Assembly (NCBI GenBank): GCA_032654565.1
Contig: JAULAX010000013.1
Location: 131,853-195,852, forward strand
Length of the DNA: 64,000 bases
Direction: 5' to 3'
From: Anaeromyxobacteraceae bacterium
GTDB taxonomy: Bacteria > Myxococcota > Myxococcia > Myxococcales > Anaeromyxobacteraceae
Under the pieces are notes generated by a model that was not told the origin of the DNA, made no database searches, and saw nothing but the letters and a program-made list of their open reading frames with translations. The translations under genes and the position numbers were made by a program. Position 1 is the first letter of the stretch; each line of letters starts with the position of its first letter. Positions 39,288 to 49,668 of the stretch are shown here, one piece after another.

Positions 39288-39561
39288 AGGGCGCGGAAGC
39301 TAGCCCATGCGAGCGGCCGAGACAACCGGAAACCCCTTGGGACGACGAGGGTTTGATCCCTTCCCAGAGTAATTGCAGCTCCCCTCCCAGGGTCGTTCAC
39401 GGCGCGCCCAGGGGGTGCCCGCGGGCGTCCGCCCGGGTGTCCTCACCTCGAGGGGCCGAAGCCGATGGCTCGCGCCCCAGGAGGGGGTCACTCCTGGGCT
39501 GAGCGGGCGCTGCCCCCGGAGGTTAGTCCAATCAGTCGGAAGGCTGACGTAAGGAGGCCGA

Positions 39562-40704
39562 ATGCTTGAAAGAATCCACTTCTCCCGGAGCGGCGTCTTG
39601 AGCGGCGTGCTGGTCCTCTCCATCCTCTCGCTGGCGGCCTGCCAGGCCGAGACCGCCAGCCTGGTCCCGCTCCAGTGGGTCAAGGTGGCCGGGCCGGGGC
39701 CGAACGGCGCCCTGCTCGGCCCCGGCGCCGCCGGCGCCTTCGACGAGCGCGCCAACTTCACCACCGGCGCCATCCGCGACGGCGCCACCACCCGGCTCTA
39801 CTACGGCGGCAGCGATGCCACCGGGGCCCCGTCCGGCATCTCCTGCGGCCACTGGCGCATCGGCCTGGCCGAGTCGGCCGACGGCGTGAGCTTCTCCCGG
39901 GTGGCCGGCGGCGCCACCGGCGGCGCCCTGCTCGACAACGGCGCGCCAGGCCAGTTCGACTCGCAGCTCACCTACCGCCCGGTGGTGCTCAAGGACGGCG
40001 CCGTCTACCGGATGTGGTTCAACGGCAGCACCGCGCCGTTCAACTGCCCGGCCGGCACCCTGGCCCTCGACCGGCGCATCGGCTACGCCGAGTCGAGCGA
40101 CGGCCTGGCCTGGACCAAGCACTACGACGGCGACGGCCCGGGCGGCAGCGTCCTCCCGCTCGGCGTCGCCGGCTCCATCGACGAGCAGCAGGTCGGCTAC
40201 GTCGCCGTCATCAAGGACGGCGCCGGGTACAAGATGTTCTACTCGGCCAACGACGCCACCAACACCTGGCGCGTGGCGCTGGCCACCTCCACCGACGCGC
40301 GCACCTGGACCAAGGTGCCCGGCAAGCTGGCGGGCGGCGCCATCCTCGACACCGGGCCCGCCGGCAGCTTCGACTTCGCCTGCGCCTACCAGCCGAGCGT
40401 GGTCAAGGAGCGGGACCAGCTCTACCGCATGTGGTACCGCGGCTGCGTGGCTCGCGGCGCCGCCAACGGCCCGAGCAAGGGGACCATCGGCTACGCCGAG
40501 TCGAACGACGGCATCACCTGGATCAAGCTGCCGCAGCCGTCGCCAGACGGCTCGGCGCTGGGGGTCGGCACCGCCCCGGCCTTCGACTCCGGCGGCCTGA
40601 CCACCCCGGCGGTCCTCCGCGACGCCAGCGGCTGGAGCATGTACTACGCCGGGTTCGACACGCTGGGGCAGTACTCCGCCGGCCTGGCCCGGGCGGCGCC
40701 GTGA
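39562..40704 (+). CDS. Lipoprotein five-bladed beta-propeller (GH32/43/130-like fold)
   Basis: Lipobox LAAC; five repeats G-x-F-D...V-x-x-DG...Y...IG(Y/L)AES-x-DG-x-x-W; SD AAGGAGG. Confidence 0.8.
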   Translation: MLERIHFSRSGVLSGVLVLSILSLAACQAETASLVPLQWVKVAGPGPNGALLGPGAAGAFDERANFTTGAIRDGATTRLYYGGSDATGAPSGISCGHWRIGLAESADGVSFSRVAGGATGGALLDNGAPGQFDSQLTYRPVVLKDGAVYRMWFNGSTAPFNCPAGTLALDRRIGYAESSDGLAWTKHYDGDGPGGSVLPLGVAGSIDEQQVGYVAVIKDGAGYKMFYSANDATNTWRVALATSTDARTWTKVPGKLAGGAILDTGPAGSFDFACAYQPSVVKERDQLYRMWYRGCVARGAANGPSKGTIGYAESNDGITWIKLPQPSPDGSALGVGTAPAFDSGGLTTPAVLRDASGWSMYYAGFDTLGQYSAGLARAAP

Positions 40705-41489
40705 GGGGGCGGGCGGCGCTGGCCCTGCTCCTCGGGGCCCTGGCCGGAGCGGCCCGGGGCCAGACCATGCTCGACCAGGAGCAGCGGCTCATGGAGCTCC
40801 ACTCGCTGCTGGTGGCGCTGCCGGCCCTGGAGGCCCCCGGGGCGCTGGCGCCGTGGCAGGGGCGGCTCGGCCTCGAGCTGATCACCATCCCGCTCATCGA
40901 CGGCACCACCGGCGCCAAGCGGCAGATCACCGCCTCCGACCGGGCCCGCGCCTTTCCCCGGCTCCGGGCGGCGCTGGGGCTGCCGCTGGGCGGGGGCTGG
41001 AGCGGCCTCGCCGGCCTGGCCTGGGTGCCGCCCGTGGAGGTGAACCGGGTCAGCTCCAGCATGCTGGGGGCGGAGGCGGGGGCCGCCTGGGCGCGAGGGC
41101 CGTTCGCCGCCGGGGTGCGCCTGCACGGCGAGTGGGCCGACTCGAGGAGCCCGGTGACCGACCCGGCCACCCGGGACCGGCTGGCCACGCGCATCGCCGG
41201 CGCCGACCTGTCGGCGGCGTGGCGCTGGGAGCTGGGACCGATGGCGTTGACGCCCTACGCCGGCGTCGGGGTGGCGCGGGTGGCCGGGACCTTCACCGTC
41301 ACCAGCGACGGCCACCAGCTGCTGAGCCGCACCACCGTGCCGGCCCTGTCGGCGGGGCTCCGGCTGCTGGCGCTGGGGCGCCTGGAGGTGGTGGCCGAGC
41401 TGGTGGCCTTCCCCGGCCTGCTGGTCCACCCCGGCTTCGCCGTGGCCTGGACCCCGGGGCTGGGCGGTGTCCGCCCGGGCCCCGGGTGA
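40701..41489 (+). CDS. Secreted probable outer-membrane beta-barrel protein
   Basis: GTGA overlap, signal peptide, LTPYAGVGV amphipathic strands. Confidence 0.6.
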   Translation: MRGRAALALLLGALAGAARGQTMLDQEQRLMELHSLLVALPALEAPGALAPWQGRLGLELITIPLIDGTTGAKRQITASDRARAFPRLRAALGLPLGGGWSGLAGLAWVPPVEVNRVSSSMLGAEAGAAWARGPFAAGVRLHGEWADSRSPVTDPATRDRLATRIAGADLSAAWRWELGPMALTPYAGVGVARVAGTFTVTSDGHQLLSRTTVPALSAGLRLLALGRLEVVAELVAFPGLLVHPGFAVAWTPGLGGVRPGPG

Positions 41490-41496
41490 AGCGCCC

Positions 41497-41901
41497 TCAG
41501 TAGCCGCCCCCGCCGCCGCCGCCGGGCGGGTTGAGCAGGTCCTGCCACCGGCAGGTGGTGGCGGCGGTGAACGGGGTGGTGGTGAAGGTCCCCAGCCGGG
41601 TGAGCACCGGCCCGTCGAGCTGCGGGCACGCCGGTGCGCCGATGCTGGCCGGCTGGTGGGCGGCGGCGTCGTTGTTGGTGAAGACCAGGCAGCCCCCCCC
41701 GGCGATGGTGACCGTCGAGGGGCTCACCCCCGTCGCAGTGAAGATCACCGGGGTGAGCGCCAGGCAGGTGTTGGTGGCGGCGGCGCTGCTGATGGTGAGG
41801 GTGCCGAGGTAGGGGTTCACCTTGGCGGCCGGCGGGTCGCTGCCGCCGCAGGCGGCCAGACCGAGCAGGGCGAGGAGCGTCAGGGTCGAGGAGCTGTTCA
41901 T
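41497..41901 (-). CDS. Cupredoxin-like lipoprotein
   Basis: Lipobox LAAC; VSPSTVTI, VFTNNDAAAHQ; poly-Gly-Tyr end. Confidence 0.6.
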   Translation of the reverse strand: MNSSSTLTLLALLGLAACGGSDPPAAKVNPYLGTLTISSAAATNTCLALTPVIFTATGVSPSTVTIAGGGCLVFTNNDAAAHQPASIGAPACPQLDGPVLTRLGTFTTTPFTAATTCRWQDLLNPPGGGGGGGY

Positions 41902-42154
41902 GCAGGCGTCCTTCCGGGCTCCGCCGCGGGCGCCGCGGCGGCGAGCTGACCGGTTCGATCTGATGGACACCGGGGGCGGGCGCGACGGGCATCCGGGGCG
42001 TGGGCCGCTCCGGCCAGGTCCCGGTCGGGGCGCAATCAACCCGTCGAGGCGGTGGGTTCCGCTCCCGGGAGCGACCGGGTCGGTCGCGTCCGCCTCACGG
42101 CGCCCCTCTCCTGGCCTGCGACGAAGCCGGGATCGGGCCGGGTGAGTGGCGCCA

Positions 42155-42901
42155 TCAGCCGCCCGTGGGCCCCGGCTCCGCCATGCCCTCGACCTGCACC
42201 GGGTCACTCTGCTCGGCGAGCCGCGCCGCGCCGCCGAAGTCGATGAAGTGGCCGCTCCGCTTCGCCTTGGTCTCCAGGTAGAAGCGGTTGTACTGGTTGG
42301 GCTGGATGACGTGGGGGATCCGGCCGGCCACCACCAGCCGGTGCTGCGTCAGCTGGCGCATCTTCTCCGGGTTGTTGGTGATCAGCTTCAGCGAGCGGAG
42401 CCGCAGGCTGTGGAGCATGTGGGCGGCCACGGCGTAGTCCCGCTCGTCGTCGCGGAAGCCGAGCGCCAGGTTGGCCTCCACGGTGTCGAGCCCCTGCTCC
42501 TGCAGGGCGTAGGCCCGGATCTTGTTGATCAGGCCGATGCCGCGCCCCTCCTGCCGCAGGTAGAGCAGGACGCCGCGCCCCTGGCGCTGGATGGCCTCCA
42601 GCCCGCCGGTGAGCTGGTCGCGGCAGTCGCAGCGCAGCGATCCCATGACGTCGCCGGTCAAACACTCGGAGTGGAGCCGGACCGGAACCTCCTCGCCCCC
42701 CACCACGTCGCCGAGCACCAGGGCGACATGCTCCTTCCCGTCGCGGTTGTTCCAGAACCCCACCAGCTGGAAGGCGCCGAAGCGGGTCGGCAGCTCGGCC
42801 ACCGCCACCACCCGGACGCAGACCCTGGAGGGACCGAACCCTCCGCACTCGTGGTCCTGGTCCCGGGTGACCAGCTCGCGCAGCGCCTCGGTGGTCGTCA
42901 T
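42155..42901 (-). CDS. ribA: GTP cyclohydrolase II
   Basis: VRLHSECLTGD, RCDC, QEGRGIGL, LITNNPEK. Confidence 0.93.
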   Translation of the reverse strand: MTTTEALRELVTRDQDHECGGFGPSRVCVRVVAVAELPTRFGAFQLVGFWNNRDGKEHVALVLGDVVGGEEVPVRLHSECLTGDVMGSLRCDCRDQLTGGLEAIQRQGRGVLLYLRQEGRGIGLINKIRAYALQEQGLDTVEANLALGFRDDERDYAVAAHMLHSLRLRSLKLITNNPEKMRQLTQHRLVVAGRIPHVIQPNQYNRFYLETKAKRSGHFIDFGGAARLAEQSDPVQVEGMAEPGPTGG

Positions 42902-43932
42902 CGTCCCGCTCCCGCGGCCAGCAGCCGCTCCGCCATCATCCGCCCCGAGCGCCAGGCGGCCTCGACGCCGCCTCCCGGCGCGAAGCGATCCCCGCAGATC
43001 CCGAGCCGCCCGCCGCCCGGAAGCGCGATCAGCAGCGGCCCGGCCAGCTCGGCGGCCCGGTCGGACCGGGCGTGGCGCCAGCGGTGGGGGTGGCTGGCGG
43101 CGGGGCGCGCCGCCCACGGGCCGAGCAGCCGGCCCGCCTCGTCGAGCAGCGCCTGGGCCCAGCCCGGATCCTCGAGGTGATCCCGCGACCAGCCCGGCCG
43201 GGCCTGCAGCAGCAGCGCCAGCCCGCCGGCGGCGGGGCGCTTCGACGACTCGTGGGAGAGCAGCTGGAGCACCGGGGAGCCCTCGGGGTAGCAGGCCTGC
43301 CAGGCCGGCCGCGGGGCGTCGCCGGGGTAGGTGGCCAGCAACGCCAGGCAGGACGGGCTCCGGGAGAAGCGGAGCAGCGCGCAGGCCGAGGCCACCTCCC
43401 GTGGCGGCGAGGGGAGGGCGTCGAGGAGGGTGAGCGCCTGCTCCGCGGCCACCGCCAGCACCACCGCGCCGGCCTGCAGCGACTCCCCGGAGGCGGTGGT
43501 CACCGCCATGCCGACGCCGGTGGGGGCCACCCCCGAGACCGTGACCTGCAGCCGGGTCTCCAGCCCCGAGGCCAGGTGGCGCGGGAAGGCGGCCACCCCC
43601 TCGGCGAAGGCGAGCCGCTGCTCACCCGGAGTGAACGCCTCGGGCTGGCAGGGCAGGCCGAGCCCCGCCACCGCCGAGGGCCACCCGGGCAGCGCCGTGG
43701 CCGGCACCTCGGCGAGCGCGGCCAGGAAGGCGGGGTCCCGCCCGTGGAGGAAGACCGGGCCGTAGTCGAGCACCTGGCCGTCCAGCGTCCGGGAGGCGCA
43801 GCGCCCCCCGACGCCGCGGGCCCGCTCCAGCACCAGCACCTGGCGGCCGGCCACGGAGAGGGACCGGGCGCAGGCCAGGCCGGCGACGCCGGCGCCCACG
43901 ATCACCGTCGGCGCCTCGGTGGAGTCGGTCAT
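42898..43932 (-). CDS. Renalase-like FAD-dependent oxidoreductase
   Basis: IVGAGVAG, ERARGVGGR, HRWRHA, CGD...VEAAWRSG. Confidence 0.85.
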   Translation of the reverse strand: MTDSTEAPTVIVGAGVAGLACARSLSVAGRQVLVLERARGVGGRCASRTLDGQVLDYGPVFLHGRDPAFLAALAEVPATALPGWPSAVAGLGLPCQPEAFTPGEQRLAFAEGVAAFPRHLASGLETRLQVTVSGVAPTGVGMAVTTASGESLQAGAVVLAVAAEQALTLLDALPSPPREVASACALLRFSRSPSCLALLATYPGDAPRPAWQACYPEGSPVLQLLSHESSKRPAAGGLALLLQARPGWSRDHLEDPGWAQALLDEAGRLLGPWAARPAASHPHRWRHARSDRAAELAGPLLIALPGGGRLGICGDRFAPGGGVEAAWRSGRMMAERLLAAGAGR

Positions 43933-44089
43933 GGGGGGAGTCTACCCCGGCGCCACGCGCCCGGGCGCGGCCCGTTGGGCTGATCGACGGCCCGGCCCAA
44001 CCGGGTCCGCGTGGAGGCCGGACCGCGCGCCGCCTTGCCCGGGAGGGTGGCAGGCCTTAGATCTCGATCCACCGCCACCGGGAGACACC

Positions 44090-45169
44090 CTGTCCACGCC
44101 GCCGTCGCCGCCGCCTCGCATCCTCTCCGTCGGCCGCGCCCTCCCGGCCCACTACGCCGACCAGGCGACGCTCACCGCCGCGCTCACCGCCCACTGGTCG
44201 AGGCAGCACTTCAACGCCGAGCGGCTGGGGCAGATCCACCAGGCGGCGCTGGTCTCCGGCCGCCACCTGGCCCTGCCGCTCGCCGACTACCCCGGGCTCG
44301 ACACCTTCGGGAAGAAGAACGACGCCTTCATCCGCGTCGGCCTGGAGGTCGGCGAGGCGGCCATCCGCGACGGCCTCGACCGGGCCGGCCTCGCCCCGGC
44401 CGACGTCGACCACCTCTTCTTCGTCACCGTCACCGGCCTGGCCACGCCGTCGCTCGACGCCCGGCTGGTCAACCGCATGTCGCTGAAGCCCTCGGTGAAG
44501 CGCACCCCCATCTTCGGCCTGGGCTGCCTGGGCGGGGCGGCTGGCCTGGCCCGCGCCTCCGACGCCCTGCGGGCCTTCCCCGGCGAGGTGGCCGTCCTGC
44601 TCTCGGTGGAGCTCTGCTCCCTGACGCTCCAGCCGGACGACCTCTCCATCCCCAACGTGGTGGCCACCGGCCTCTTCGGCGACGGGGCGGCGGCGGTGGT
44701 GCTGGGCGGCGGCGACCGTCCGGCCCCGCCGGGCGCGCCGAGGGTGGTGGCCACGCGCTCGGTCTTCTACCCGGGGACCGAGTGGGTGATGGGCTGGGAC
44801 GTGGTCGACACCGGCTTCAAGGTGGTCCTCTCGGCCAAGGTGCCGGAGGTGATCGAGGCCAACATCGCCGGCGACGTCGACCGGTTCCTCGCCGACCAGG
44901 GGCTGGACCGGGCCCGCATCCGACACTGGATCGCCCACACCGGCGGCCCCAAGGTGATCGAGGCCTTCCGGCGCGCCCTCGACCTGCCGGCCACGGCGCT
45001 GGAGCGGAGCTCGCGATCGCTCCGCGAGGTCGGCAACCTCTCCTCGGCCTCGGTGCTCTTCGTCCTCGCCGACCACCTCGAGGCTGGCGAGCCCCGCCCC
45101 GGCGACCTCGGCCTGGTCGCCGCCATGGGGCCCGGCCTCGCCGCCGAGCTCCTGCTCCTGGCGTGGTGA
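44090..45169 (+). CDS. Type III polyketide synthase (start uncertain, probable CTG)
   Basis: Catalytic triad GLGC, HTGG, GNLSS; LFGDG; MGPG. Confidence 0.92.
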   Translation: MSTPPSPPPRILSVGRALPAHYADQATLTAALTAHWSRQHFNAERLGQIHQAALVSGRHLALPLADYPGLDTFGKKNDAFIRVGLEVGEAAIRDGLDRAGLAPADVDHLFFVTVTGLATPSLDARLVNRMSLKPSVKRTPIFGLGCLGGAAGLARASDALRAFPGEVAVLLSVELCSLTLQPDDLSIPNVVATGLFGDGAAAVVLGGGDRPAPPGAPRVVATRSVFYPGTEWVMGWDVVDTGFKVVLSAKVPEVIEANIAGDVDRFLADQGLDRARIRHWIAHTGGPKVIEAFRRALDLPATALERSSRSLREVGNLSSASVLFVLADHLEAGEPRPGDLGLVAAMGPGLAAELLLLAW

Positions 45170-45171
45170 CC

Positions 45172-45735
45172 ATGCCGGCACCCGTCGCGCTGCTCCACGG
45201 CTACCTCGTCCTCCTGGCGGTGGAGCGGCTCGTCGAGCTCCGCCTCTCGACGCGCAACGCCACCCGGACCCTCGCCGCCGGGGGCGTCGAGTCCGGCCGC
45301 GGCCACTACCCGGCCATGGTGCTCTTCCACGCCGCCTTCCTGGTGGCCTGCGCGGTCGAGCCGCTGGCCTGGCCGCGCCCCTGGCCGGTGGCCGCGTCGG
45401 CGGCCGCGCTGGTGGCGGCGCTCCTCGCCATGGCGCTGCGCTGGTGGGCGGTGGCCACGCTGGGCCGGCGCTGGTCCACGCGCGTCGTGGTCCAGCCCGG
45501 GGCGCCGCTGGTGACCGGGGGCCCCTACCGGTGGCTGCGCCACCCCAACTACCTGGCCGTGGTGGTGGAGCTGCTCGCCGTCCCGCTCCTCGGCGGCGCG
45601 GTGGCCACGGCGGCGCTGGCCACCCTCGGCAACGCCCTCCTGCTGGCGGTGCGCATCCCCGCCGAGGAGCGGGCCCTGGCCCTGGCGGCGGCGCCCCCGG
45701 GTGGCGGCGGCGCCGAGCCGGGAGGCGCCCGGTGA
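45172..45735 (+). CDS. Isoprenylcysteine carboxyl methyltransferase family (BpsB/SrsB-like)
   Basis: LGRRWSTRV, GPYRWLRHPNY, RIPAEE. Confidence 0.88.
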   Translation: MPAPVALLHGYLVLLAVERLVELRLSTRNATRTLAAGGVESGRGHYPAMVLFHAAFLVACAVEPLAWPRPWPVAASAAALVAALLAMALRWWAVATLGRRWSTRVVVQPGAPLVTGGPYRWLRHPNYLAVVVELLAVPLLGGAVATAALATLGNALLLAVRIPAEERALALAAAPPGGGGAEPGGAR

Positions 45736-46006
45736 CGGCGCGCGAGGAGGCGCTGGCCCTGGAGCTGGTGCAGCTGGCGCGCCAGGTGCTCGAGCTGGAC
45801 GGCCCGGCGCCGCTCCCCGACGAGCCGCTGGCCAGCCGGCTCGACTCGCTGCAGCTCCTCACGCTGGTGGTGGCCATCGAGGACCGGTTCCGGGTCATCC
45901 TCACCGACGACGACACCGCCGGGGCCAGCACCCTGGCCGACGTGGCCCGGCTGGTGGCGGCGCGGACCGGAACGGCGCCGGGCCCGGCGCACGCCGAGGA
46001 GGTGCG

Positions 46007-46010
<4 letters not shown>
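45732..46010 (+). CDS. Acyl carrier protein
   Basis: LDSL phosphopantetheinylation site, IEDRF; GTGA overlaps at both ends. Confidence 0.85.
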
Positions 46011-47796
<1,786 letters not shown>

Positions 47797-47800
<4 letters not shown>

Positions 47801-48882
47801 GCGCGCGCCTGCACGACGTGGTGGTGGCAGGCGGCGGGCCGGCCGGCCTGGCCCTGGCCGCGGCGGCGGCGCGCCGGGGGCTGGACGTACTGCTGGTCGA
47901 GTCCCGGCGGTTCCCGATCGACCAGCCCTTCGGCGAGGGGCTGCTGCCGGCCGGGGTGCTGGCCCTGGAGGCGCTCGGGGCCCGGGCCGGGCTGGGGGCG
48001 GCCGAGGCCACGCCGATCTCGACGCTGCGCTGGATCGATCCGGCCGGCGCCGGGCTGGAGGTGGCGCTGCCGGCTCCAGGAGGGCTCGGGGTGCGGCGCA
48101 CCGCCCTCTCGGCGGCGCTCCTCGAGGCGGCGCGAGGCGCCGGGGCCCGGCTCCTCGAGGCCGAGGTGACCGGACACCGGCGGGGCCCGGACCAGGTGGA
48201 GATCGCCACCAGCGCCGGCCCGGTGCGGGGGCGGCTCCTCGTCGCCGCCGACGGCCGCGGCTCGCTCATCCGCCGCCGCGAAGGGCTCGACGCGCCGCTC
48301 GCGACCCGGCCCCGGTTCGGCGTCCGGCGCCACCTCGCGGTCACCGGGTGGAGCGGCGTCGTCGAGGTCCACCTCGGCGACGGCGTCGAGGCCTACGTCA
48401 CGCCGGTCGGCGCCGGGCAGGTGGGCGTCGCCTTCCTCTTCGAGCGGGCCAGGCCGGGTGGCTGGGCGGCGCTCCTCGGCGGCTTCCCGGCGCTGGCCGG
48501 GCGGCTGGCCGGGGCCGCCGTGCTCTCGGATGACCGGGGCGCCGGTCCGCTGGTCCGCGGCTCGTCGGCCCGGGTGGCGGACCGGCTGGTCCTGCTCGGC
48601 GACGCCGCCGGCTCGGTCGATCCCCTCTCCGGCGAGGGGGTGTCGCTGGCGCTGGCGGGCGCCCTCGAGCTCGCGGCGCTGCTCCCCGACGCCATCGCCG
48701 CCGGGGGCTCGCGCGCCGCGCTGCTCCCATGGGAGCAGGCCTGGCGCGGCCGGCAGCGGCGCGCCGCGGCCTGGACGGCGCTCCTCCTCGGCCTGGCGCG
48801 GAGGCCGGCGATCCGTCGCCGGCTGCTCCCCCTGCTCCCCGCGGCGCCGCTGGCGCGGCTGGTGGCCTACGCCGTGGGCTGA
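47797..48882 (+). CDS. FAD-dependent oxidoreductase/monooxygenase (geranylgeranyl-reductase-like); start uncertain
   Basis: VVAGGGPAG, AADG, LGDAAG..DPLSGEG. Confidence 0.85.
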
Positions 48883-48895
48883 GGCCCGGCGCCGC

Positions 48896-49567
48896 TCACC
48901 TGGCCCGGTCCCCCCCGCGGCCCAGGCCGCCCGGCTGCGCCGGGCGCACCAGGCGGACTCGCTCCCGCTCCACCAGCTCGCGGACATGGCAGCCCTCGAG
49001 GTGGTCGTTCACCAGCCCCATGGCCTGCATGAAGGCGTAGCAGGTGGTGGGGCCGACGAAGCGGAAGCCGCGCCGCTTCAGCTCCCGGGAGAGCGCCACC
49101 GACGCCGGGGTCTCGGTGAGCCGGGCCAGGGCCCGGCCGGTGAGGCGGCGGGGGCGGGTGGCCGGGGCCGGCTCGAAGCGCCAGGCCAGCGCCGCCAGCG
49201 AGCCCTCGCGCCCGGCCACCTCGCAGGCGGCCCGGGCGTTGGCGATGGCCGCCTCGATCTTGCCGCGGTGGCGGACGATGCCGGCGTCGCCGAGCAGCCG
49301 GGTCACGTCGCGGGGGCCGAAGCGCGCCAGCCGCTCCCGGTCGAAGCCGGCGAAGGCGCGGCGGAAGGCCTCGCGCTTGCGCAGGATGGTGAGCCAGGAG
49401 AGCCCGGCCTGGAACCCCTCCAGGCAGAGCTTCTCGAGGAGGCGGGTGTCGTCCAGCACCGGCCGGCCCCACTCGTCGTCGTGGTAGGCGAGGTAGTCGG
49501 GGGTGCCGAGGCACCAGCCGCAGCGGGGGGCGCCGTCGGGGCCGGGGCGGAGGGTCGGGGTGGCCAC
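48896..49567 (-). CDS. tag: DNA-3-methyladenine glycosylase I
   Basis: YHDDEWG, LEGFQAGLSW, FVGPTT, GLVNDH. Confidence 0.95.
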   Translation of the reverse strand: MATPTLRPGPDGAPRCGWCLGTPDYLAYHDDEWGRPVLDDTRLLEKLCLEGFQAGLSWLTILRKREAFRRAFAGFDRERLARFGPRDVTRLLGDAGIVRHRGKIEAAIANARAACEVAGREGSLAALAWRFEPAPATRPRRLTGRALARLTETPASVALSRELKRRGFRFVGPTTCYAFMQAMGLVNDHLEGCHVRELVERERVRLVRPAQPGGLGRGGDRAR

Positions 49568-49668
49568 GCCCCGGTTCTACCCGCGCCCGCGCCGTCCTGC
49601 CACGGCCCAAAGGGCGCTCCTCCGGGGGCCTGCCGTGGCCCCCCGGCCCGACTAGACTCCCTCCTCAC

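Noticed and set aside
39505..39525. Cobalamin riboswitch suggested by CTGCCCCCG
   Set aside because: Lacks the AGGGAA, ACTGT and B12-box elements
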